The translations under genes were made by a program, and so were the position numbers. From Mytilus trossulus (Eukaryota): a DNA stretch of 64,000 nucleotides. The notes below the pieces were generated by a model, which was given only the letters and a program-made list of their open reading frames with translations, made no database searches and was not told the origin of the DNA. Numbering within the stretch: the first letter of the stretch is position 1; each line of letters begins with the position of its first letter. The DNA is taken from the NCBI RefSeq assembly GCF_036588685.1, contig NC_086373.1:41292001-41356000 (forward strand). Reading direction: 5' to 3'. This document shows, one piece after another, positions 27,151 to 40,232 of the stretch.

Positions 27151-27201
27151 ACGTCACACTGGCAATGAACCGTTTATTTCCTCTTGTACATTGTATATAA
27201 G
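27151..27201 (+). promoter_or_regulatory. Family core promoter of gene 2 (ACGTCACAC...GAACC..TTATTTCCT...TATATAAG). Non-coding exon 1 ends at 27270
   Basis: The same motif order occurs upstream of genes 3, 4 and 5, each followed ~65-70 nt after the TATA by a GTAA donor. Confidence 0.75.
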
Positions 27202-27716
27202 GTATCAACTGATAACAGATATCATAGAAAATCACTTTACACAACTTAGTAACGAATACATTTAAGAAAGGTAAGTCGTCTAATAATATTAATTGCTAAA
27301 ATTATAAATATCAAAGATAATGTCATTTTTTGGATATAATAAAAGGAACGACAACGTTTATGTTATCACATATTCTATTGAAGAATTGCTACTACTAGTA
27401 TCAGGAATATTGTTTTAGGTATAATATTGGTTTAAATTCCAGTAAATGCTGTGACCAAGAAAGAGCAGAAGATTGTTAAAGTAACATGATGAATTACATT
27501 CGTTAACTATTGTGCTTCTTTAAATAGATAACGACAAAATTTATATATTTTTTTTAATCAAGACTGTTATGTAAAACAATTTTTTTTATATCTATCAAAT
27601 AGAAATTGGAAAAAAGACAGTGCCATTTCTGTGTTTATATTGCTCTATCTCTATTTAAGCAACATGTTTCAAAAAATAATTTACTCACACGTTTTTTATT
27701 TGTTTTTTCAGGAATA

Positions 27717-29162
27717 ATGGAGGGAAAAGCTGTTGTGATATTTTTAGGATGTATTTCATGTGTTTTTGCAGGTATGTATCCCTCTTCGTTTCATATGCAA
27801 ACTATATTTGATCATTTTGATAATAATATATATTCAAAAGAATGTAATTAAGCAGTTATAATTCCGAAGAAAAAATTTAAAAAAAAATCGACAAACTCAT
27901 ACGTATTTTTTAAAGTACGAACAAACCATAAACAATATTCCTTCATTAATTCCAAGAGGTATTCTTTAGAAAAAATTGCCAATCGCCGTATAACAACTTC
28001 TCACTCTTTGTAAAGTGGTCAAGACCATCCAAAGACTAAATTTGCTTTCCTTTTTCGTGTTTTTATGAGATATTCCATACGTTCACACAATACTTCTTCA
28101 CAATAACGCACACAAAGTTATATGATTCTTTATTCTCTCCACAATGTTCTAAACATAATTCGGGTACACCCCATAATGAAATCACATTTTGTTCATGAAA
28201 TTCTTTGTATTTTTGATAAAATCAGTATGACACCATTGGTAATTTGAATTAGACAAACCTTATAATTGCAATAACCACAAATAGTGATATAAGTGTTTTA
28301 TGATCATCTGTCATTTTTGGTTAAAAAAACTTTTTTTAAAATATTTATGCATATAAAGCGTATTTAAACCTTTAACAGGAACGTTGAGACCAGAATTCAT
28401 CTGCACTCTATGAAATTATTACAAACAATAAAAAATAGCAACATATAATATCTAAATCAAATAATTTTCATTTACATAGAAAAAAATAGAGATAAAAATG
28501 AAAAGCAGTCTTATCTCATTATAAACATTATTTTATATCATCATTTTTAATTTTTAAAATTTATTATTACAGCAGGTTATCCAGTCACAAAAAAGTGTGC
28601 TAATGAATGTTCGAGTCGTTTAGATTGTGGAAGAGGATACTATTGCCAAACTATAGGATGCAATAGAAGGTGCACATCTCTAAACTTACCAATTGGCAAT
28701 GCTCATATTGACCAAGTAGTTTCACAAGACACATTCGCATTGGAATGCGAACTAAGATGTAGACAACAAGGAAGGGTAGGTTGTAGACGACTTTGTCAAC
28801 AAAATGGAGATCAGTTTCTAGTAGACCAAAGATTCCCAGTTGATTCCTTGGACCATTCCTTTCAAGGGTCCTCAGTAGACCGTGCCTTTCCAGGGGATTC
28901 ATTAGGAAGTATTCGTTCAGGCAGTCTTGTTGATCGTATCAGGTCAATCGGTCCAGTAGACCGTACCTTTCCAGGGGCTTCATTAGGCAGTATTCGTACA
29001 GGCAGTCTTGTTGATCGTATCAGGTCAATCGGTCCAGTTGAGTCAATTCATCATAAAGGCTGCGAAAACATGTGTATTTCTAGGAATCAATGCAAACTCA
29101 ACGAGGATTGTGTCAGCAGAGATGGATGTAACGTATGTGTTCGCGTCAGTTCATATGCGTAG
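27717..29162 (+). CDS. Cluster gene 2: secreted Cys-capped repeat protein, 213-214 aa. Coding exons 27717-27771 and 28573(or 28576)-29162
   Basis: MEGKAVVIFLGCISCVFA-G|gtatgt. Acceptor tacagcag, then GYPVTKKCANECSSRLDCGRGYYCQTIGCNRRC..., in frame with ORF 28740-29162, ending VRVSSYA*. Confidence 0.9.
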
Positions 29163-29631
29163 TGGGACAAATAAACACAGACTACATAGTGCATACCATT
29201 GTAAAATATATCAATGTATCTTCTTTTTTATAATTTTATAATAAAAAAAATAATAGATGTAGAGCTGTATTCATCTTTTTTTCGGTAGAAAGCTTTAGAA
29301 ACTTAAATACATGAAATGTTGATTTTTTTTATAATTTGCTGGAACTAAATAGAACTAAAATGAAATGCGGATGTTTTTAAAGCTGTCACATTAACAAACT
29401 GAGGTATTTTGTCAACTCGAAATCTACACCAACGAAACTATTAGGAAAAACTTAAAATATTCCGTTTCATGTGTAAATCAAAATCTAAAAAAGGAATATA
29501 TTTATTATCAAAGAAAATTTCGGGCCAATTATACCAATATTTCGGACCTAATTTCTATTTCAAAAAACAACGGCAGACATTATCTGTTAACAAAACTCTG
29601 TTCGTTACCGGTTAACAAGATAAATGAAATT

Positions 29632-31803
29632 TTGGAGGATTGCAACACAATTTCATATAGCAGTCCTAAGTATGAAATTGTTCAAATTATTATGGCATAT
29701 TGTTATTCTAAATTATTTCCCAAAATTGATCGCCCTGAAGATCATAAAAAACATTTTATTAAAATTAAGTATGTCAATAAAGGCTTTGATTTTGTAAATA
29801 TTGCCGGTATATTTAACGACCATTCTGTTAAAGAACAAATTCCTGGATATTTTGACAATACTGAGCTACCTCTTATTTGTTATATTTACAAGAAATTTAC
29901 CCGGAAATTTGTGTTTAATTATAGTCAATTGTGTAAAGATGTTAATATCAGTGAAAATACACCTACGTCATGTAATTGCAGTAGTTCCGAATATATTTAT
30001 GGACCCATTTCCCATCTTATAACAGGAGATATTAATATCGTTCAAGACCGAGAGTTAAAATTATTTCCCAGTAAAGGACCTAAATATCGTCCCCCGTCAA
30101 TTATTAATTGGAATGAGTGTCGTAATATCATCCACGACTCACTCCATACTTACTGTATGAAATGGATAAAACGGGAAAAAGCTGACAAAAAATCTTTGGA
30201 CTCTTTTTTTAATTCAGTAATGAAGATAGTTGATATACGTATTCAACATTTTAAAGAATATTTTACTATTATCAATAACCACAATAAACCTATTACTCGT
30301 ATCAAACATAAACTAAAAGAACTAGCCAAGGAATTTGTTTTTGTCCCGGCCGATAAAGCTGCTAATAATATTATTATTGTTTGACGTAAATTTTACATTG
30401 AGGTTCTGAAAAAAGAAATCACCAATTCACCAACATTCCAACTGACTCCATTTTCAGAAAACGAATCTGTAACAAACATAAACTTTTAGCCACAATGAAA
30501 GTCCCAACTATGTATTGGCTTCCGAAGCTACACAAAACCCCTTACAAATATAGATTTATTTCGTCTTCAAGCCATTGTTCAACTACTAAATTGTCTATTC
30601 TTCTTACCAGCACACTTGGTACAATTAAAAACCTTATAATAAATTGTTCAAATAAGGCCTTCGAAAATGGTGGAATAAATTACTTTTGGAGTGTCAAGAA
30701 CTCGTTGGAAGTACTTGATAAATTGCATGCTTATATTGGTGATTTTGAATCTGTTCAAAGTTTTGATTTTTCTACCCTGTATACCACATTTCTTCACATT
30801 CTCATTAAGAAAAAGTTCACACACCTAATTAAATGGGCATTCCAAAAATCAGAATGTGAATATATATGTTCAAACTCTTTAAGGTCATTTTTTAGTAGCA
30901 ATACACAAAAAAAACTATGTTAATTGGACATGCTTTGATACTATATATGCCCTTGAATTTTTACTAGATAACATTTTTGTTCGCTTTGGGGATTCCGAAT
31001 ATCGTCAGATTATCGGAATTCCAATGGGGACTAACTGTGCACCACTTATTGCGGACCTCTTTTTGTATTGTTATGAGTTACAATTTATGACAAAAATAAG
31101 CAAATACCCATCAAAACAACATCTGATAAACAAATTTAATAATACTTTTAGATATTTGGATGATATTTTGGCTCTCAATAATGACGACTTCAGTATGTAT
31201 ATTAATGAAATTTATCCTGCTGAACTTACTTTAAATAAAGCTAATACTGACAATGACCACTGCCCTTTCCTCGATCTTGATATCTATATCACTAACGGAA
31301 AGCTGAATACTAAAATTTATGATAAAAGGGATGATTTTTCATTTCCTATCGTTGATTATCCGTTTTTAGATGGTGACGTTTCCCTGTCACCATCTTATGG
31401 TGTTTATATATCTCAACTTGTACGATTCGCTCGTGTATGTAACAATGTTTTAGATTTTAATGAGAGAAATTTATGTATTACTGAAAAATTATTACACCAG
31501 GGTTTTCGATATCACAAACTAGTCAAAACGTTTACTAAATTTTATCATCGGTATAAAGACATCATTAGTAAATATAGCTCAACATGCAGACTTCTTATAC
31601 GTTCAGGTATTTCACATCCAATTTTTTATGACAATATTCTTTATAAAGCACAAAGGTGTCAGTATTCACCTCAGAAACTTACAAAACCTTTGAATAGACT
31701 TATTAAGAAGGGATATAATTACGATACTGTTGTCAAGTCATTAAAGATTGCATATTTTGGCGTTAATATTGAGTCACTGATAAGGTCTTTGCGTCGGAAC
31801 TAA
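29632..31803 (+). pseudogene. Penelope-like reverse transcriptase, frameshifted (~30465-30494, ~30910). TGA at 30382-30384 is a likely Sec codon
   Basis: Three colinear ORFs: 29632-30384, 30495-30923 and 31024-31803. The frame continues past the TGA as RKFYIEVLKKEI. Confidence 0.85.
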
Positions 31804-31853
31804 ACACATTTATTCTAAAAACAGTTGTTGACATGAAACGGGTTATGTTCTTC

Positions 31854-31920
31854 TCATATATGTTATGATTGTATGATACTAAACCCCTAACGGGAAGGAT
31901 TGTGCCTGATGTTCATATGA
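31854..31920 (+). promoter_or_regulatory. Candidate type II SECIS element
   Basis: tcatatatg-tt-ATGAt-tgtatgatact-AAA-ccc ctaac ggg-a-aggattgtgcc-TGAt-gtt-catatga. This gives helix I, an AUGA/GA core, an 11-bp helix II (2 mismatches), apical AAA and a CCC/GGG mini-helix, 50 nt after the RT stop. Confidence 0.75.
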
Positions 31921-33409
31921 TGAAATCATAATCTTTCAGTCAGTTTAATTGAAGTCTGGAGCTGGCATGTCAGTTAACTGCTACTAGTCTGTTGTTATTT
32001 ATGTATTATTGTCATTTTGTTTATTTTCTTTGGTTACATCTTCTGACATCAGACTCGGACTTCACTTGAACTGAATTTTAATGTGCGTATTGTTATGCGT
32101 TTACTTTTCTACATTGGTAAGAGGTATAGGGGGAGGGTTGAGATCTCACAAACATGATTAACCCCGCTGCATATTTGCGCCTGTCCCAAGTCAGGAGCCT
32201 CTGGCCTTTGTTAGTCTTGTATTATTTTAATTTTAGTTTCTTGTGTACAATTTGGAAATTAGTATGGCGTTCATTATCACTGAACTAGTATATATTTGTT
32301 TAGGGGCCAGCTGAAGGACGCCTCCGGGTGCGTGAATTTCTCGCTACATTGAAGACCTGTTGGTGACCTTCTGGTGTTGTTTTTTTGTTTGGTCGGGTTG
32401 TTGTCTCTTTGACACATTCCCCATTTCCATTCTCAATTTTATTATACCGAATACATTTGAAAAAAGGATTTTAAGATAGTTAAACACAAATGTTAAAGCT
32501 ATTTTATTGGCAAACTTCGAAATGGCATTGTTTCTATTGTTTTCAGTTGGAAGAAAACACTTGTCATCTTTAAAATCCTTAAGTTGTTTTTAGTTTCGAG
32601 GTTAAAGGGTAGCAATACATACAACAACTAAGAAAATATCTTGTTTAAAAAAACGTATACTTTGCATAAAGTACAAAAGAATTTAAAGAAAAATATATGT
32701 TTAAACTGTTATAAACCTGACTTTGAGCCCATTATTCAACCTCAGTCCTTTGCAATCTTTATATTGTGAAAAGTAAAATTACAAGAATAAGGAATTTAAA
32801 AGAAAAGTATTTATAATAGATAAAAAAAATTAAAAAAAAGCTCAGACACTTCTAAAGAATGGAAAACAACTATCATATTCTTTACCAGAAACTTACGTTT
32901 CCTGATGTAGCATAAGGTGGATTAATCCTGGTTTTATTGCTGGTTTAATCTATAAATTGTATGACAAATGCATAGAATTCCAATAAAATGACATGAAGCT
33001 TTTATCAAAACAAATAGTCATAATAGGTAAAAACGTAAAAAAACGGGGTAAATGAAATGCTGTTCATTATCAGAGTCGATTGAAATTTTATTTCAAAAGA
33101 ACATTCTACTTTCTTTAGAGATTTATATTTCATTTTTACATTTGTTTGAATTCGTCAAAAAGTTGATATCAAATATCCAAAATAGCTTTAGCTCTCTTTC
33201 CATTTCTATATACATACTGGTTTTAAAAGATTTAGCATATTTAAATGAAAAATTCAGATTTCATTAAATTATATTTCCGAGAAAAATAGTTTAAACATGT
33301 CTATGGTGATAATTAAGGGATTTTATTTTGTTATGGACTTGTTATAGATCCAGGTTTGATGTTTTGGTCGAGGATGCCTGAAATGAAAAGAGACAACGCT
33401 GATGCATAA

Positions 33410-34805
33410 TGCAATTCAGTTTGACAGCTTACAACATACTAATTTTTAACCTTTTTTAACTAGACCAAATCACTACTAAACATAAAAAATCAGCGCCAAT
33501 ATTTTTAACATTTAGCTCCATTCCCTTACTTAATATTTTATGCATTAAATATAAATAAATATATATTTTGGGAAAGTGTATGAAAAAACAAATTGGAAAT
33601 ATATACACGATAACATAGACAACGAAAACGACTAGGACTGATAGAAACTAGGGCCATTTTAATATTGAAATTTGGATGGTTAATTTTGACATTTAAATTA
33701 AATAATTTCAACTATCAAGATTTCAGCCGTAAAGATCAATTTTTTGGAAAATTTTGCTTTTAAAATGCCCGATAATATACTTTATTAACGATTAAAAGCG
33801 ATTGAAAACTCATTTGATTTATCAGATTTATTTCAATAAATATTCAAATGTGAAATGTATATGAGCAGGTGTCTGTCGGTCATTGTACAAGAAGTTTGAT
33901 TGCAAAAAGACTCTAGCATTAAAATCTCTGTTGAAGAGAGTATGGACTGATGCACAGTTTTTCTAAAACTATTCATTGGAAAACTTACATGTAGGTTAGT
34001 CTCAAATTGCATGTATTTGACCCCTTACTGTCCAACAGAGGAACCTATAGGTATTAACTGTAATGAATAAGGTGCAATTATCTAGTGAAGGGCTTTTTGT
34101 TTTTACAGATTTATTGAAATATTTATGATGGAATTCAAGTTTCATGTACAAAAATCTTCGCATTTCACACTCATGGTACATGCCGTTCCACCAGTGTCAT
34201 AGATACAACACATTTTGCACATTTTTCTTTGATAATCAATTTCTCTCTTGATACAGAGTTAACAAACGGTTAATAAAATTTGAATTAAAGCATACAAATC
34301 AGCAAAAACCTGTCAGATAAAAATTCAGCTTGACTCTTCAAATAAAGATGTAATTCCTGTACCTTTATTCAGTTTGTCAAATTGAAACAAACAAACCATT
34401 TAGAGATCTACATTTAATGAATTCGTGTCTAAGACCTGCGAACACAGTAATGTCATTGTGCATTTTTTAAGACGATAAAACTAAATTAAAAATTCACACT
34501 TGCTCGATCTCAAAAAGATTTTTATAGTGTAATATAATTTGGATAATTCTATGATAATGGAATATAAAATTCAGTTTGACAGCTTCCCACATAGTTATTT
34601 TTGACCTTTTTTAACTGGTTCAAATCACTTCTTAACATAAATATCCAACACCAGGTTTTTTTAACATACAATTTTATCGCCTTACTTAATATTAATGCTT
34701 GAAAATATCAAGATATAAATTGGGAACGTAAATGAAAAAAGATTGCAAGCTATACACTGTTCACACTTTGGACAATATTCGAAAACCAAAGGACGATAAC
34801 TGTGT
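33410..34805 (+). repeat. Two diverged direct copies (~33410-33640 and ~34565-34805) of a ~230-bp repeat
   Basis: Both copies read aattcagtttgacagctt..acata..atttt..accttttttaact...caaatcact.ct.aacataaa. Confidence 0.6.
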
Positions 34806-36904
34806 CCTCAAACCAAGTTCATGTACCTCTCAACTCCTTTTAAATAAAAATTTAATGTGAAACAGTCTGTCCTATTTATTGAGTGATCATTGTTTCCCAT
34901 ATTTTTTGTTAAATATGTACATGTACATGTTAGGAATATATCTACAGATTTATTGAAACCAAATTAACAATAATTCTTTAAGTCATGCTAGAATCATCAA
35001 TCTTTATGGGGAATTTGTATTCAAAGTTTCATGAGTTAACAAATCGTTAATAATGAATCTATTTTCCAGCAAAAAATATATGTGATATTATTAAAAAAAT
35101 AAGTCTCAAGATAACAACACACAATAGAAAAATAGAAGATGCCAACATTTTATTGCTCATTTTCACTTCTAAGATGACGTCAATATATTGATAAAAAGTG
35201 GTTTCCCTAATTGTATGTCGTTACTGATAATCAATTAATTAAGAGGTTTGGTAAGGTTTCATGCATTGTTCTTTCAAACAATTTTGATTATAAGCTGTAT
35301 TATGATACAGCTCATAACCAATACATATTACAGGGCTTGTGTCTCTTGATTTAAATTGGGACTATGAAATTACTGTTAATGGTAACGGTTTATTTGATTT
35401 TCCAGATTAAGACCTTGATTTAACTTCATAGTGGTACATAATAATATTATAGGGTGTTTGAATTATGTTGAAAGACATATGACCATAAAAAATGAAAATC
35501 GAAAGTCAGCATTTTATTATGCTAATTTTATGGATAAGTACCTCCGTTATTCCAAACAAAAATATAAAAGTAGAAAGCAGAATAATTTTACAGAAATGTG
35601 TCATTTAACATATTTTCTGTTAAAGATTAATTCAACATAATTTCTTAGCAGAAATCTTTTCTTCATTTATCATATGTATGAACAAATGAATATGGAATAG
35701 GTTAAATGCGTTCTCTGACTAACGTTTTTTTTTGTCAATTATGAATGTGCACTGTTCGTCAGCGGTAAGAAAACACATAAAGAAAATTGAAATGAAAACA
35801 TTGGTTGGTGATATCAAGAGTTTGTTTTTCTTGAAAGCAGATTAATTACATTTTATGAAAAATGGAAATTCCATTTCTATATATACTAAATATATGTACA
35901 ATCTTAAATTACTGCTATTTCTATTGAAACTGCTGCCTCTGATAGATGTGAAGCAGACTCCTACAGTCAAACTGGACCTTTGATAGCGTCTTATGTTTTT
36001 ATTCACTGTTACAGGTGTTATTACACTTTACTTGAGTGTGAATTTTATTAGGATACTTGAAAAAGTTATAATTATAAAAAAGACATTTAAATTTAAAGAT
36101 ATAGAATTGCCTCATGAAAATCTTTAATAAAAAAGAGGATGAAAAATCAACGTTGGAATACAAACAGACAACTGAAAAGTAGAAAAAGAAAACGGGAATA
36201 GACAAACAAGAACTTTCAACATTCTACAGAAATGTAAAACGAACTCCACCAAAAGCTTAGGGTTAACTTGACTGTGTGCTTTTAATGATGTACTCGTACT
36301 GATAGTGTTGGTAAGAAACAATTCAACGAAACACCATATTCAGTCGATGTCGTGATAGAGGACAGATGAAATTAATAAATATATTCCATAGCGATCATTC
36401 AAATTTGACTGGCTCTATACATTTTTTGAAGGGATGACATCAATATAAGTTGACACTCAATTTCAAATTAATTAATAATTTGTTCTCGATATTTCAAGAA
36501 TTATTTTTGTTGAAACGTTTGATTAATCCGAAAACCTTATTTGAGGCTTGTGTAAAATGTTTAAGTTAAACTATCAACTTTTGGCTTCTTTCCAGTTTCG
36601 TTTTAGAATTTTTTCAATATTTTACACACAATTGTCTTACATCTCCTCATAAAATGCACATACCATACAAAGAAATTAAAACAAGAATGAAGGCTTCACA
36701 ATTTCGTAATAGCTAAAGTTTAATGTGTAGTTAAGGGTTTCTTAACTGTCGATTGACAGTTGGGACTAAAAACAAATCTATATCAATACATAATTTATTT
36801 GGTATCTATACAAATAGAAAAACTATCAAAATATCACAAAATTTGGATAAAGTTAGAATAACATTGCACATTTTTTTGGCCTTTGATCATGTCATAATTG
36901 ATAA

Positions 36905-38050
36905 TTATGTGTAGCTATTAACTCGAACACATTTATTACATCCATTTACGTTTTGACAATCCTCATTGAAGTTGCATTGTTTCCTTAAAAAACAAGTGTC
37001 GACACAGACTTTTGGGAAAATTCCATCAACTGAACCGCCAGGCACAATACGGCCTAATGAACTGCCTTGAATAATACGACGTGCTGAATCTCCTCGAATA
37101 ACACGGTCTACCGAACTGCCTGAAATAATACGATCTAATGAACCTCTTCGGATAATACTTTCTCCTTTACCGCCTAGGGTAATACGATCTACTGAACCGC
37201 CTGGAATAAGATTATGTACCGAACCGCCTGGAATAATACGGTGTACTGAACTGCCTGGGATGATATGATCTAATGAACTTCCTCGAATAATACTATCTCT
37301 TCTACCGCCTAGGGTAATACGATCTACTGAACCTCCTGGCAGAATGTGATCTAATCGGGAATTTTCAACCATTCTTTGACAAAATCTTCTGCAATCTTGT
37401 CTTCCTGTCAATCGACAACTTCTTAAGCATCCCGATGAGACTGAATTGCCAGAATTATATTCTATAATATGGAAGATTGGAAATAGTTAAAATGTTAAAA
37501 TGAAGTGTAAAATGCCGAGTTTTTGGGAGAAAGAGGTCTTTGTAGTGTTTGTAATATTTTTTATCAATATTATGACTTGAATTTGTCTGAATATTTGCAC
37601 ATAAATATGAAAGAATGGTGGCACATTACTTTTAATAAACTATTACGTTTAACATCTAAGACTGAATTATGCAGTTTATGTGAGTTATTTTCTTTAATTT
37701 GCTGTCTTAATAAGAAATATTGTCTTCATTATTAACATCTATCGCCAAAAAAGTGTTTTTATTAAGTTTTTGCTGTACTTTCTTCGGCCTGTTTTGAAAG
37801 TTTTTTTCACCCGTTTCAGGTATTTTTTTTTAAATTTCTGGCTTCACCTCAGATATCATACTTGATAAAAACTGTAAAAATGAGAATTTTTTTTCCGCAT
37901 TAAGTAACAAATGAGAATATTTTCGGCTTAATGAACTTTGGACTACAAGGAGAGTCATCATTACTATAATTTTTTATTTTATATAAAATACAAACCTGCA
38001 AAAATACAGGAAACAAATCCAAGAAAAATCAAAACAGCTTTTCTCTCCAT
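36905..38050 (-). CDS. Cluster gene 3: secreted repeat protein lacking the N-terminal 6-Cys module, 203 aa. Coding exons 38050-37996 and 37461-36905
   Basis: MERKAVLIFLGFVSCIFA-G|gtttgt. Acceptor attatag|AATATAAT gives EYNSGNSVSSGCLRSCRLTGRQDCRRFC..., intact to VRVNSYT*. Closest paralogue of gene 1. Confidence 0.88.
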
Positions 38051-38511
38051 TTTAGCTAAAATAGATAAATAAGTATAAATAAAAAAAAAACGATAAACTG
38101 ATTAATAAATTCTAAATCAAAGAAATATTAAGGTCTTTTTGTAATGAAAATATAGGTAAAGTAAAATTCATTTCAAATAAGCATGAAACGATATTTTACT
38201 ATTTACTATTTATGTTCATTCAATTAAAAATCAAACGCTCTTTTCATGTTGCAATAAGTCCAATATTTGAATGAATGTATATTTGTTATAAAATACTTAT
38301 AAGGATACAAACGTTTCAAAGGATCAATTCAAATGAGAGGAGTCATTTCAAGTAAAGCATATTTTTGAAAAAAATTCGCTGATTATTTTTTAATTAAAAC
38401 ATGAGAATGTGCTTAATTAATACTGAAAACATTAAGTAAACTTACTTGATATTATATTTCTTTAATAATTTGCTTTGTTAGCGATGTACTGTCTTTATAG
38501 TCCACTACTGA

Positions 38512-38562
38512 CTTATATATAGTTTACACAAGGAAATGAACGGTCCAATGGTTGTGTGACGT
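38512..38562 (-). promoter_or_regulatory. Family core promoter of gene 3. Non-coding exon 1 ends at 38446
   Basis: Minus strand ACGTCACACaaccattGGACCgtTCATTTCCTtgtgtaaacTATATATAAG. Donor gtaagt at 38445. Confidence 0.72.
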
Positions 38563-40044
38563 CGGTTTTGTATACTTTTTATTTGTATATTAATCAAGAT
38601 CAAAATGTCAAATTTATTTTTAAATGCAAATTATTTGATAGAAGATTTTTAAAAACACCTTGCATTGTAACAACAAATAAAAATTCAGAAACCGTTGTCT
38701 TAAAAATATATAAAAAGTTTGTCTATTTGAATCTTCAGTACATGGGTCGTTTTTAAAGAGCAGAGAGTTTCAGATTTTTGTCTACACTTAGGGTGAATCA
38801 TTTATAAGTATAAAGTAAAAAACTGTTCCATTCGGAGCCAATCAAATTAATAAGACCGAGTGAAGTGATAAATTTTCTTGGTTTGTAATCTTGGAATGGG
38901 TATTTAAGAAGGCACGAATCATAATCATAGAATATTTGAGCATGGCTTTATCCCAATTACTCCAAATAATATTGATATAGCACCCACTCAACTAGCGACA
39001 TTCATCCATTATTTAAATTATTATCATTCATATGAAGACAATGAATCGAATTATCCTTGTATTGTAATGAGCAAAATTGGACCATTTGTTCTGAAATAAT
39101 GAGTTCTAATTTTCAATTCGAGATGTTATTTGCATAGGAAAAGGTTTCTTTTGATGGTAGAAAAAACACTCATTTAAGATAACGGGCTAATATACAAGGA
39201 AAGAAATATAAATTTACTACATCTTGCTTTTCACATCTGTAAGAAAAGTTAAAATTGTTTGAAAGTGATTTTTTTTTAGGAATGTATAATTCAATTATTC
39301 GATCTTCTCTAAAAATAAAAGAGGCATATTTCTAAATCAATTTACACTTAACTTACCACTTACCTACCAATCTGTTATTTTGATATATGTTTTATATGTG
39401 TCTATGAAATAAGAGATAGAAAATACCAAGGTTAAACATGATAAACAGATAAAAAAAAAAACACACACACACACAAACAGCGAATAGTCTAATTCATTTA
39501 TACAATAGTAAGAAATTGGAACACGTCGTTAACAAACTTGTTTCATAGATTAACAAAATCCGTCTTCCTGCTTTCAAAAACATAAGCAACCATGCTTTCA
39601 ACTTAAAAATTTTTGAAAAAACAGTTATGGACTTCAACTGTAGGCAAGTGACATACAGTGTCTTATGAGAATGCTTAAATAATTTTTAGTGATGAACAAC
39701 CTGAAGATTTGTTTTACATTTCATCGAATCTTTAAGACACCACATGCATGTTGTATTTCATGAATATTGATACCATATCCTTTTGAAACTAACTTATATT
39801 TTTGTTGTTGATAAAATTGAGTATGGAAATGTGGAATGTGTCAAAGAGACACATTTTTTTAAAATTATTTCAGTTTTGTTTAAAAAAAAAATTGTCAACA
39901 TCTAGATAGATTTTGTTTTTAGTAATTACTTACTTAATTATAATCAAATTTTGCTTTCATATAAACAATAAAACTTTAACAAAGTTTACGAGCAGTGAAA
40001 AATGTAGGAACTATACATATAATACTTCATTAACTTTTATTAAT

Positions 40045-40232
40045 NNNNNNNNNNNNNNNNNNNNNNNNNNNNNNNNNNNNNNNNNNNNNNNNNNNNNNNN
40101 NNNNNNNNNNNNNNNNNNNNNNNNNNNNNNNNNNNNNNNNNNNNNNNNNNNNNNNNNNNNNNNNNNNNNNNNNNNNNNNNNNNNNNNNNNNNNNNNNNNN
40201 NNNNNNNNNNNNNNNNNNNNNNNNNNNNNNNN
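40045..40232. other. Assembly gap (188 N)
   Basis: Run of N. Confidence 1.

Larger units (their letters stand above)
29505..32443 (+). mobile_element. 5'-truncated Penelope-like retroelement (Naiad-type) with an in-frame TGA and a SECIS-like 3' UTR
   Basis: RT motifs: SKGPKYR, ADKAANN, YWLPKLHK..YKYRFI, FDFSTLYT, GIPMGTNCAP, FRYLDD, FLDL, YDKRDDF, YGVYISQLVRF. No GIY-YIG follows the RT, which fits the N-terminal-endonuclease Naiad/Chlamys clade. The 3' terminus is dispersed elsewhere in the window. The 5' boundary is approximate. Confidence 0.88.

Noticed and set aside
32300-32380. Possible hammerhead or HDV-like ribozyme in the Naiad 3' terminus (cagctgaagg...ccttctg stem, cgc/gcg hairpin)
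   Set aside because: It is structured, but I could not fit a canonical CUGANGA/GAAA core with stems I and III, or an HDV P1 helix. A covariance search would be needed.
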